A DNA stretch of 64,000 nucleotides from an uncultured delta proteobacterium (GTDB lineage: Bacteria > Desulfobacterota > WTBG01 > CAIYCZ01 > CAIRTM01), in NCBI GenBank assembly GCA_963718965.1, contig CAVRBJ010000027.1, forward strand, positions 73,360-137,359, given 5' to 3'. The notes beneath the pieces were generated by a model, which was not told the DNA's origin, did not search any database, and worked only from the letters and a program-made list of their open reading frames with translations. Of the stretch, positions 49,095 through 57,506 are shown piece after piece; position 1 is the stretch's first letter, and each line of letters begins with the position of its first letter. The position numbers and the translations under genes were made by a program.

Positions 49095-49487
49095 TCAAGG
49101 CTCGGTGCAGACAGACACCCTTTTGTCAAAGTATCCCAGAAAATTTCCATAGGCGTCATACCCCGGTATGCGCCTGACCTCCTCCCAGCACCGGCGGGAT
49201 GCAGGCTGGCTGTAGCCGCCATATGCCACAGGAGCAGGTTGAGCATAACCATAGCCGCAGGTTTGGGGCCGGCTGTAATAGCCGCCACCGGTGAAGATGT
49301 TTCCTACGCCTGCAACGGTCCTGCCGGCCATTGAATTACTTCCGTTAAAGAGCAGGTCTGCACCGGCCACGCCGGCAAGTATTTTACCTGCCGTTGCCCA
49401 GCCGTTGGCTTCTGCCGTTGGCGCAGAGAAAAGGCCGCCCGCAAAGACAACAAAAGATATCGCCAGAAAACTGATATTTTTTTTCAT
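49095..49487 (-). CDS. Secreted Gly-rich hypothetical protein
   Basis: Signal peptide MKKNISFLAISFVVFAGGLFSAPTAEA; no recognised domain. Confidence 0.55.
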   Translation of the reverse strand: MKKNISFLAISFVVFAGGLFSAPTAEANGWATAGKILAGVAGADLLFNGSNSMAGRTVAGVGNIFTGGGYYSRPQTCGYGYAQPAPVAYGGYSQPASRRCWEEVRRIPGYDAYGNFLGYFDKRVSVCTEP

Positions 49488-49715
49488 AGTTAGCTCCTTT
49501 GCTTTCTTCTAGAAACCTTCTCTGGATATTGGTTTCCTCATGAAGACATAAACCTCTCTAGAAAGAATAGATATTCAAAGTGCATGCCAAGACCAGGTGA
49601 TGCGCAATTGTCCGGAAATGCTTTAAATTTACACTGCAAAAAAAAACTCCTTATCTTGCCGTCTGATTTTTCATACGCATTTTCAAAAAATCGGACAGTT
49701 GAGCTGTTTTAAAAA

Positions 49716-50785
49716 TCAATATGTTTTAACTATAGCATATTGCGTATTTCGCTGCGCAGGCTCCTTGCCAGCCCGCCTGATAAGCTCTGCCATTTCAGCC
49801 TCGGTGATGCAGTTTGACGAGCCTGCAGCGCGCACCACGTTTTCCTCAAGCATAATGCTCCCAAGATCATTTGCCCCGAAAAAAAGCGTCATTTGGCCGA
49901 TATCCTTGCCCTGCGTGACCCAGGAGCCCTGAATATTGTCGATATTGTCCAGATAGATGCGCGACAGGGCCAGGGTGCGCAGGTAGTCAAGGGAGGAGGT
50001 TTCCGTGCCGCCGAGTTCAGTATTGCCCGCCTTGAAGGTCCAGGGGATAAAAGCCCTGAAGCCGCCTGTTTTATCCTGCAGGCAGCGCAGCAGGCGGAGA
50101 TGCTCAATGCGGTCCTGCGGCGTCTCGACGCTTCCCAGCATCATGGTGGCAGTGGTCTTGAGGCCGACGCGGTGGGCCGCCTCCATGACGGCCAGCCAGG
50201 TGCCGCCTGAAATTTTTTCCGGGCTGATTCGGGCCCGCACGCCGTCGGTGAGTATCTCGGCGCCTGCGCCGGGAATGGAGTCAAGGCCCGCGTCCCGCAG
50301 CCGCATGATGACCGCCTCATAGGAAAGCTGTTCCTTTTTTGCCAGATGATGAATTTCAGGAGGTGAAAATGAATGGACAAAAACAGTGAAGCGCTGCTTA
50401 ATGCGCCGAACCACATCCTCAAACCACGACAAGCCCCAGGCCGGGATTCAGCCCGCCCTGCAGCATAATCTGCGTTGCCCCCAGTTCCACGGCTTCCGCG
50501 ACTTTTTCCAGTATCTCTTCCGGTGTGAGCTCGTAGGCGTCGGGGGAATCTGCAGTTGCGATAAAAAGCGCAGAACCGGCAGCGGCTTATGCAGATATTG
50601 GTATAGTTGATATTGCGGTCGATAAGAAATGTCGCCTGGCCGGGCGCATGCAGGCGCGCTGCCCGCTTTTGGGCAAGCTGTCCAATCTCCAGAAGGCCCG
50701 CCTCAAGAAACAGCCGCAGGGCTTCATCCTCATCTATGCGGCCGCCGTCATCGATTTTTGTAAACAGTTTTTGCAGTGTCATCAC
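49716..50785 (-). CDS. Radical-SAM futalosine-pathway enzyme (MqnC or MqnE type), with two apparent frameshifts near 50560 and 50440
   Basis: NYTNICISRCRFCAFYR (CxxxCxxC), then DSPDAYELTPEEILEKVAEAVELGATQIMLQGGLNP in a second frame. A third frame reads SWFEDVVRRIKQRF...MMLGSVETPQDRIEHL...GGFRAFIPWTFK...FFGANDLGSIMLEENV. Confidence 0.8.
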
Positions 50786-50815
50786 ATGGCTTTCGAAAAT
50801 GCTCAGGGCCCGCCG

Positions 50816-51700
50816 TCACGACAATTGCTTTGCATCGCAGCGCACAAACTCGAGCTTCGGTATCCGGTCCAGGGCGCCGATTTTTTTGGCTTTGGAAAGA
50901 TAGGCTTTAAACCCCGCGCGATACTCGGGCCCAAAGCTGTACCGCAGGCCAGTAAAATACTTCCTGAGAAATGCTGCCGTAAAGGGCTCCCAGCGCGCGA
51001 TTTCGCGGGAGATGGCATCCACCTGCTCAAAGCTTTCAATGATGGAACGCTTGAATGCTTCATACACCATGGCAACCCGGTCAGGATGCTTTTCGGCATA
51101 GCTTCGGCGCACGGCCCAGACCGCATATACCATAGCCTTGCCCGTCAGCTCTTTCCACTCCGCCCCGAGATCATACTGAAGATACCTGCCGGGACGGGCG
51201 CATGCCCGCAGGGCATCATCGCCGATAAGAAGGGCTGCGTCGGCCTCGCGGAACATCTCGGGCAAATCGGGCGGGCACTCAAAACACACGGGCTCAGCGC
51301 CGAACTTTTCGCGCAAAATAATTTTTGCCAGCACCTGAGACGTGGCAGACGTATTGGTGAGCGCCACGGGCCTGCCCGCAAGTTTTTCCGCCGGTACCTT
51401 GCTCACCAGCAGTATGCTCATGACCCTGCCGTTTGAGCTTACGGTCAGATCCGGAAGCAGCAGCAGGTCGCGGGCATGGCGGGCGTATTCGATAGCGGGC
51501 ACCGGGCTTATGTCAAGCTTGCCGCTGAGAAGTTGCCGGCACAGGGCTATGGGCGTATCTTTATATAAATCCATGTCAAGAACTGCGCCGCTGCGCACCA
51601 GCATGTGGTACAGAGGCAGGCAGTTGAGAAACTGAATATGTCCGACTCGGGGGCGCATGTTGTAATCCGTTGTACTGGTATTTGGTTCTCTGTGTTGCAT
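50816..51700 (-). CDS. mqnA: Chorismate dehydratase MqnA (futalosine pathway)
   Basis: VGHIQFLNCLPLYHML...LSGKLDISPVPAIEYAR; periplasmic-binding-protein-like fold family. The start may be the internal Met at 51658. Confidence 0.85.
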   Translation of the reverse strand: MQHREPNTSTTDYNMRPRVGHIQFLNCLPLYHMLVRSGAVLDMDLYKDTPIALCRQLLSGKLDISPVPAIEYARHARDLLLLPDLTVSSNGRVMSILLVSKVPAEKLAGRPVALTNTSATSQVLAKIILREKFGAEPVCFECPPDLPEMFREADAALLIGDDALRACARPGRYLQYDLGAEWKELTGKAMVYAVWAVRRSYAEKHPDRVAMVYEAFKRSIIESFEQVDAISREIARWEPFTAAFLRKYFTGLRYSFGPEYRAGFKAYLSKAKKIGALDRIPKLEFVRCDAKQLS

Positions 51701-51818
51701 TGTTTTTCAAACTAGAAGTCAGAAGCCGGAATTCAGTAGCCAGTAGAAAAAAAATAAACTCCTTAAAGCCAGCTTGTTTTCTCTTCTGAATTCTGACTAC
51801 TAAATTCTGGCTTCTATC

Positions 51819-52052
51819 TTAACTGCTTTCTACTATCATACCGCAGCTTTCACAACGGTACCGAGCTGCGTGTGTCTCGGCAGCGATTACTTTGTCAAAA
51901 TCCCTGCGCCGCACTTTGTGAGCATCGAGGCACTCAGGGCAGCAATCTGCATCCAGCTCGCTCTCGGAAATGGTCAAATGGCAATGCCTGCACCGCAGCT
52001 TTGCGCTCGGCGGCGGGACCAGGGTCAGTATTTCGTGCCTGCAGGTGCTCAT
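51819..52052 (-). CDS. Small zinc-ribbon protein (three CxxC pairs), hypothetical
   Basis: MSTCRHEILTLVPPPSAKLRCRHCHLTISESELDADCCPECLDAHKV...YRCESCGMIVESS. The longer track ORF (to 52331) reads through repeat copy A and is not credible as a whole. Confidence 0.45.
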   Translation of the reverse strand: MSTCRHEILTLVPPPSAKLRCRHCHLTISESELDADCCPECLDAHKVRRRDFDKVIAAETHAARYRCESCGMIVESS

Positions 52053-52156
52053 ACATTCTATTATTCCACGGAGAGGCGCTCTGTTGCAAGCGCAATAGAG
52101 AGACCCTCTCTGCTGAATATCGAAGAGGGCGCTGTCCTTTTTTCGGCCCATGAGAA

Positions 52157-52355
52157 CTGCGCACAAAAACAGCCTTGCCGGTTGACATAACACCTCATAT
52201 CTGACCGCCCGCCGCGCCGCAAGATATTTAATCACGCCGCTTATTTTTGGCCCGACCGGCCCTGCCCACATCTTGCGCCCACATTTACATTGATACACAA
52301 TCGCCCTCATTTTATAGTCTGCCAATCTCAAAGCAAGTTCCTATCAGTTGAATTC
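52157..52355 (-). repeat. Copy A of a roughly 180-200 bp promoter/5'-leader/start-codon module
   Basis: Near-identical to 56449..56638 and similar to 58684..58860. Read on the minus strand it has TTGCTT (52331-52336), a 16-nt spacer, TAAAAT (52309-52314), a G-rich leader of about 114 nt, GAGGTG, and an ATG at 52188 (ATGTCAACCGGCAAG...). Confidence 0.8.
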
Positions 52356-52446
52356 ATGTTTTCTTATATGCGGTGCAGCCGCACAGGAAGACAGCAGCAG
52401 GGGGATTGCAACCGGTGGCTGCCGCCCATTAAATCCGGTATTTAAC

Positions 52447-52924
52447 ATGAAAAAAAACTGTACCTTGAAACAACAGTGGTAAGTTATTTTGTATCTCGGC
52501 CAAGCCGTGATATCATGATTGCAGGCCATCAGGAAGCCACCCGCGAAGCCTGGCCTCAGTTTGTTGAAAAGTATGAAGCGTTTATCTCTGCGCTTGTATA
52601 CGATGAGGCCGGCAAGGGTGATGCCGAACAAGCGCGGCTTCGGATTGCCGCAATAGGGCCTTTTGCAATGTTTCAGATTACTGACGAGGCTCGAAGGCTT
52701 GCAGAAAAGATTATTATCAAAAAGGCTGTACCTGAGCAATATCCCGAAGATGCTCTGCATATTGCACTTGCAGCAATAAACGGAGCTGATATTTCGTTAC
52801 CTGGAATTTTACGTACTTAAACAATCCGTTTATTCGCAGAAGAGTGCGGCAGATAGTCGAAAAAGAGGTCTGTGTTTGTCCGGAAATTTGTTCACCGGAA
52901 GAATTATTGCAGGCGGAAATATGA
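52447..52924 (+). CDS. PIN-like (VapC-like) nuclease-domain protein, with two apparent frameshifts (A8 run at 52450-52457; T-run at 52792-52794)
   Basis: With corrections it reads M(K)KLYLETTVVSYFVSRPSRDIMIAGHQEATREAW...ISALVYDEAGKGDAEQARLRI...ITDEARRLAEKII..KAVPEQYPEDALHIALAAINGADI..TWNFTYLNNPFIRRRVRQIVEKEVCVCPEICSPEELL. This matches a PIN family I recall as ...YLLTWNCRHIAN...PVICTPEELL. Confidence 0.55.
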
Positions 52925-53124
52925 AAGATCAGATTGTTGAGGAAGTGCGCAAACATCGTCTTGCACATACCCGTAAATTTAAAGGGAACCTTTCAACCAT
53001 CTGCGAAGATTTGGTGCGAATAGAACTTAAATCCGGCCATAAGATCGTCCGGGACGCTCCCAAAAAGCACGCAACACCAACTCGTGCACACGTACGGACA
53101 AATAAAATTGGTGGATGTCCCTAA
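52921..53124 (+). CDS. Small partner protein of the PIN-like gene (putative antitoxin or regulator)
   Basis: Its ATG overlaps the PIN stop (ATGA at 52921-52924). The sequence is MKDQIVEEVRKHRLAHTRKFKGNLSTICEDLVRIELKSGHKIV... Confidence 0.45.
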   Translation: MKDQIVEEVRKHRLAHTRKFKGNLSTICEDLVRIELKSGHKIVRDAPKKHATPTRAHVRTNKIGGCP

Positions 53125-53202
53125 TTTTCCCGGCGATAACGAAACCGCAAATAATCTGGCGCTAAAATTTCTTCGCCGTAACTAAACGGCCATTTTTTTC
53201 TC

Positions 53203-53235
53203 AAAGGGCTGCAGGATCATCCTGCAGCCCTTTTT
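53203..53235 (+). terminator. Rho-independent terminator
   Basis: GGGCTGCAGG-ATCAT-CCTGCAGCCC followed by TTTTT. A weaker hairpin GCCGT-AACTAA-ACGGC plus a T7 run sits just upstream (53175-53199). Confidence 0.65.
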
Positions 53236-53347
53236 ATAGTCGATGCCGTCGATTATCTCATTGCGGCCATACAGCAAGAGGCGGCCCTCCAGGCCTGCCG
53301 AGAGCAAGAAGCAGCACCCCATGCAGCGTACGTTTCACACCTGTTTC

Positions 53348-54121
53348 TTATTCTTTCGTTAGAGTGAAGGTATCAGTGAATTGAAAAATGCCATTGTGAT
53401 ACACATCTACAGACCATCTGCCGGGCATATATTGCACGCGGCTGCCTTGTATGCGAACGCCCCAATAGAGGCATCCCTCCTCATACTCAAGGACACGGTA
53501 ATGACAGTGATATCTTGCCGAGTTCGGCCCATAGAATTTCCATTCCAGCACATCATTGATTTTGGCGTTTTTAAAGCTCAGCCAGCTGTGGAAGACGGCA
53601 TCTGCCGTGCTGAAGCTGTCAACGGAAACCGGTATCGAGCAGGAAACACTGTCAATGTCTTTAGCCGTTACATGAGCAATGACGGTAAAGGGCTTATCTG
53701 CCGGGGGTGAAGGAAGCGCTTCAAACAAAAAATCCGTCCCTTTGTAGGAGATGGTAAACTGCTGATCAACGGCAAACCACTTGGGCAGGCAGCGTATTGT
53801 GCCGCTGATGGCAGCATCTTTTTTTAGTATTTTCAAACACAGGGAGTCATTATCACACTCTACAAGGGGCGCATTCAGATTGCCCCCGGCAAAAAAAGGG
53901 TGCAGCCTCAGGGTGTTGGAGCCCTGGACAATCTTCACATTGCGGGTGGAAAAAAGAAAGAGGCCCTTTGTAGCAGTGCAGCTGAATTGCAGGGCGCCGC
54001 TGTCCCGTGCAAAATCTATGTCCGCACAGCCGGTGACTGTGCAAATATTCTGATACGCGGCACAGCAATCGCTGTTTAAGGGAAGCAGTACAAGTAAAAT
54101 TGCCAGCAGACTCTTTTTCAT
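53348..54121 (-). CDS. Secreted hypothetical protein (257 aa)
   Basis: Signal peptide MKKSLLAILLVLLPL. Cys-rich N-terminal part, with beta-rich-looking sequence and no recognised family. Confidence 0.6.
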   Translation of the reverse strand: MKKSLLAILLVLLPLNSDCCAAYQNICTVTGCADIDFARDSGALQFSCTATKGLFLFSTRNVKIVQGSNTLRLHPFFAGGNLNAPLVECDNDSLCLKILKKDAAISGTIRCLPKWFAVDQQFTISYKGTDFLFEALPSPPADKPFTVIAHVTAKDIDSVSCSIPVSVDSFSTADAVFHSWLSFKNAKINDVLEWKFYGPNSARYHCHYRVLEYEEGCLYWGVRIQGSRVQYMPGRWSVDVYHNGIFQFTDTFTLTKE

Positions 54122-54283
54122 AAGCCAATCCCCCGAAATGATGGAATGAAAACTGCTCTATGTGTTTTCGCGCATTTTACAAAATGACGCGTGCTATTAC
54201 AAGCTGTAACAAGGAGCTTTTGAGCGAGCAGACATGATAGGCCGACAATACAGATGCGTAGGCCTTATTGTGCATTCAAAACC

Positions 54284-55909
54284 TTAGATCATTTTAAGAA
54301 GAGCCTCTGAAAGCCTCATCCATATATCATGGGGGAGTTCGGGCTCCACAGCAGGGTTTTTGTCATCGGGGTCCTTGAAAAGAAAAAGCATGCCGGGCAC
54401 TCCTGAACTTTTATAATCCGGCCCGGGAGCCCATCCGTCGCCGTCATTGTCGATATAGGGATCACTTTCCATAATCGGCCCCGGATCGTGCAGCGGGGCC
54501 TGCAGGCCAAGAGCGGTATTTATATTTTCAATCATGCGGTTTGCGATGACCGCCTGCCCCGTATACCCAGGGTGCACGCCGTCAAAAGTGAAGCAGCCTC
54601 CGCGAATCCACTTGCGGGTGAGCCTCCTGCCCCCGATTTCAAAAGGCGTGACCCCGGTAAGAATATCATTGAGCCACGGGCCGATATCAATCAGGTGAAC
54701 GTTTTCCGCCCGTTTCTGAGCAGCCTGCCTGATGGCGGCATTGAAGCTGTCAATGCGGCTGCGTATGAGCCCCTGCTCGTACTCCGACAGCACCAGCCCG
54801 TCATTCTGCACGCCGTCGGTCTCCAGCACCCGGTTCACCGTTTGTCCGTCAGCGCCGGTGCTGAGCAGGGCATACATGCACATGAAGGTGATAAGGTTAA
54901 TGCGGTCGCCGCGCGTAAAATCGATGACCGGCCCTTCCGGCTCCGCCGCGCGGGCAAATGATGCAGGCACGGTGTACTGCGGAGCAAGCTTGCGCAGATA
55001 GAATTCGAGATCATCGGAATCAAAAAGAAAACCTACCGAACTGTAATAGGGCAGGGTGCAGAGAAACATATCGGTTGTTTCATACAGGCCGGCGACACCG
55101 GTCTCAAGACGGGCTAGAGCATGCTCATACTGGGCTGCAAAGTCGGCAAGCTCCGTGAGATTGCGCTTGATTGAAGCTTCAGTATAGGGTTCAAAGGAAA
55201 CTATGCCGTTTTCCTGAGCCCAGCGCAGCAGTGCGGCTACACCCGGTTTGAGCTCATTTTCAATGAGCTGAAACGGCAGCGGCGCAAATACGGGATTGTT
55301 CGTACCATAGCCCAGAGCCGCACTTGAGGAATCATTATTGCCGATCCACAGTATAAAGATCGCACGTGCAGTTTCCCTGCGATGCAGGAAGTTGAGCAGC
55401 CAGATGGCGCTGTCGATCTGGGATGCCGGTTTGCCGGTAAGTAAATTATATGGATAGAGCGAATTATCATAAATGTCTTGCAGTGCCCAGGGCAGCATCC
55501 CGTTGCAGAGGTACTCTCTGCTGCTTGTGGTCTGAGCGGCTCCCTCCCGTTTGTAATAGGTAAGCCCTTCGATATGAAAGATATCGGAGCCGTCAATGCC
55601 GAGATTTGTGGGCAGGGTGAAAGGGGCTATGCGCTTCTCATGCACGTTCAGCAGCGGCTGTATGAAACCGGTGTCCTGCACCTGCGACAATGATTCGTAA
55701 ATTTTCTGAAGATAGGCGTTGTGCGTATTGAGGCTGTTGTCAGCGGCATCCATGGTGCCCTGGGTCAGGCTGTCGCCAAGACCGATGAGAACAGAGCTGT
55801 GATTGAGGGCTGAAAACGGCGCTGATGTGCTGCGCTCGGTGGCTGCTGCATGCAGGGGTGCTGAAAAGAGAAGGATCAGGAGCATGATAAGGCGGGGTTT
55901 ACGGTTCAT
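54284..55909 (-). CDS. Secreted SGNH/GDSL-family hydrolase (lipase/esterase-like)
   Basis: Signal MNRKPRLIMLLILLFSAPLHAAA, block I LIGLGDSLTQG, block III WIGNNDS, and block V FTFDGVHPGYTG. I chose the start at the internal Met at 55909. Confidence 0.75.
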   Translation of the reverse strand: MNRKPRLIMLLILLFSAPLHAAATERSTSAPFSALNHSSVLIGLGDSLTQGTMDAADNSLNTHNAYLQKIYESLSQVQDTGFIQPLLNVHEKRIAPFTLPTNLGIDGSDIFHIEGLTYYKREGAAQTTSSREYLCNGMLPWALQDIYDNSLYPYNLLTGKPASQIDSAIWLLNFLHRRETARAIFILWIGNNDSSSAALGYGTNNPVFAPLPFQLIENELKPGVAALLRWAQENGIVSFEPYTEASIKRNLTELADFAAQYEHALARLETGVAGLYETTDMFLCTLPYYSSVGFLFDSDDLEFYLRKLAPQYTVPASFARAAEPEGPVIDFTRGDRINLITFMCMYALLSTGADGQTVNRVLETDGVQNDGLVLSEYEQGLIRSRIDSFNAAIRQAAQKRAENVHLIDIGPWLNDILTGVTPFEIGGRRLTRKWIRGGCFTFDGVHPGYTGQAVIANRMIENINTALGLQAPLHDPGPIMESDPYIDNDGDGWAPGPDYKSSGVPGMLFLFKDPDDKNPAVEPELPHDIWMRLSEALLKMI

Positions 55910-56083
55910 AGAAATACATCCGATCTCCACATGCGTCCAACAGCCACGTGCGGTTCTTTTTCCATATAAGAACGTAGCATAACCCTGTTGATCTTTCAAA
56001 CTACGTGTCTGCATCGGTATGGGCATGCGCAGGTGATCTCATTTTCAGAAATCGGGCATGCATCAAGGAATTTAATCCTCTAT

Positions 56084-56377
56084 GATGCTGCGATACCCTG
56101 CATCATTGAATCCGATACTACGTCACCGGCAAAACGCAAAGCCTGGGCCCGGCTGATACAGAAGATTTACGAGGTCGATCCGCTCACCTGCCCTCAGTGC
56201 AAGGGAGCAATGAAGATCATCAGCGTCATAGACCAGCCCGAAGTAGTAAAACACATATTGCAGCACCTTGGGCTGTGGGAGATGCAAAAAAAACCACCGC
56301 CGAAGATCAAATTGCCGCCATCGGCATATTATGCCGATGAACAAATCCCCACATATGACAATGTTGACCCAGATTAG
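56084..56377 (+). mobile_element. 5'-truncated remnant (last ~95 codons) of an IS91-family (rolling-circle, Y2) transposase
   Basis: ...DAAIPCIIESDTTSPAKRKAWARLIQKIYEVDPLTCPQCKGAMKIISVIDQPEVVKHILQHLGLWEMQKKPPPK. This is the conserved C-terminal tail of IS91-like transposases. No catalytic HUH/Y2 region lies upstream. Confidence 0.7.
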
Positions 56378-56408
56378 CCTTTTGAAGCCTATATTTGATG
56401 GGTACATT

Positions 56409-56436
56409 GTAGGGGTTCAAAATTTTGAACCCCTAC
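56409..56436. repeat. Perfect 28-nt palindrome (hairpin element)
   Basis: GTAGGGGTTCAAAA/TTTTGAACCCCTAC has 14-bp arms with no loop. It lies 32 nt after the transposase stub and abuts repeat copy B. Confidence 0.85.
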
Positions 56437-56448
56437 GAAACGATCAAG

Positions 56449-56638
56449 CTGCGCACAAAAACAGCCTTGCCGGTTGACATAACACCTCATAGCAGCCGCC
56501 CGCCGCGCCGCAAGATATTTAATCACGCCGCTTATTTTTGGCCCGACCGGCCCTGCCCACATCTTGCGCCCACATTTACATTGACACACAATCGCCCTCA
56601 TTTTATAGTCTGCCAATATACAAAGCAAGTTCCTATCA
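56449..56638 (-). repeat. Copy B of the promoter/leader/start-codon module (downstream ORF truncated after 15 codons)
   Basis: Differs from copy A at fewer than ten positions by manual alignment. The ATG is at 56478 on the minus strand. Homology to copy A ends at ...GTGCGCAG (minus-strand sense), where the palindrome region begins. Confidence 0.8.
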
Positions 56639-56824
56639 ATTTATCAATAATTATCAATCAATATCAATTATTGTCTCCAAGCTATTTATGTAAATACCAT
56701 CATTTATGCAAAGCGGTCACGTATTTTGATTTTTGACATATCACACAATAGTTCCAGGTGGTCTGTTTTTTTGCGCAAGGAGACAAGAATATAGAAGGGG
56801 GAAACCGCACTGGGATTATGCCGC

Positions 56825-56853
56825 TTGACAAGCCATTTCTTAAAATATACAAT
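56825..56853 (+). promoter_or_regulatory. Strong sigma70-type promoter for the AbiE operon, implying a very short leader
   Basis: TTGACA (56825-56830), a 17-nt spacer, then TACAAT (56848-56853). The AbiEi ATG is at 56865, only about 5 nt from the predicted TSS. Confidence 0.55.
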
Positions 56854-56864
56854 AATAGTATATT

Positions 56865-57506
56865 ATGAGAAACGAAAACTGTAAATCAAAACGAATACTT
56901 GAACTGGCGGGAACCCTCCCGTCTTTTAGTGCTGCCGATCTGGCTCCTTTAGGGGAAAAAAGGCAGTATTTGAATATTGTTCTGTCCCGCTATGTAAAAC
57001 GGGGAATTCTGCTTCGTTTGCGGAAAAACCTGTATGTTGCCAAAAGCTATCTGGACCAGGCCGAGCGCAAAGGAATCTTTTCTGATTACGTTGAGTTTAC
57101 TGCCAATAAGCTTTACGCGCCTTCATATCTTAGCCTTGAGTATGTCCTTCATGAGCATAACTTGCTGACGGACTTGCCCCGGAACATCACTTCCGTGGGT
57201 ATGCGAAAGACCGATCATTTTTCCAATGAGCTTGGCAATTTTATTTACCATACAATCAAAGAAGATTTGTTCTGCGGTTTCAAGGTCATTAAGAAGGGAA
57301 ACTTTTCCATTCTTAAAGCCACCAAGGCCAAGGCGCTTTTTGATTTTCTTTATTTTCGGAAAAGGCTGCTGGTGGACCGGAAGGCTATCGAAGCTCTGAG
57401 GCTCAATCTTGATGAATTCAATAAAAATGATTTCAAAGAGTTGGAAGGCTACGTTGCCAAAGAAGGATCAGCCAAAATGAAGGAGATTATTAATTGGCTA
57501 AAGTAA
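56865..57506 (+). CDS. AbiEi-family (type IV toxin-antitoxin) antitoxin / transcriptional regulator
   Basis: 213-aa protein with an N-terminal winged-helix-like region, then ...GILLRLRKNLYV... Its position immediately upstream of, and overlapping, an AbiEii gene supports the call. Confidence 0.7.
   Translation: MRNENCKSKRILELAGTLPSFSAADLAPLGEKRQYLNIVLSRYVKRGILLRLRKNLYVAKSYLDQAERKGIFSDYVEFTANKLYAPSYLSLEYVLHEHNLLTDLPRNITSVGMRKTDHFSNELGNFIYHTIKEDLFCGFKVIKKGNFSILKATKAKALFDFLYFRKRLLVDRKAIEALRLNLDEFNKNDFKELEGYVAKEGSAKMKEIINWLK

Noticed and set aside
52189-52302. Assigning the repeated leader to a known riboswitch class (c-di-GMP, ZTP, guanidine/ykkC, fluoride, preQ1)
   Set aside because: None of the conserved core sequences I remember for these classes is present. 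Without a covariance-model scan I cannot name a family, so it is reported only as an unclassified candidate.
51819-52331. The 170-aa ORF 51819..52331(-), the 79-aa ORF 56389..56628(-) and the 88-aa ORF 58603..58869(+) as real proteins (shared peptide MRAIV.QCKCGRKMWAGPVGPKISGVIKYLAARRA)
   Set aside because: The shared peptide is just a translation of the repeated leader DNA, read through into unrelated sequence. It is G-rich non-coding-looking sequence with no start context. Only the distal zinc-ribbon part of the first ORF looks genuine.
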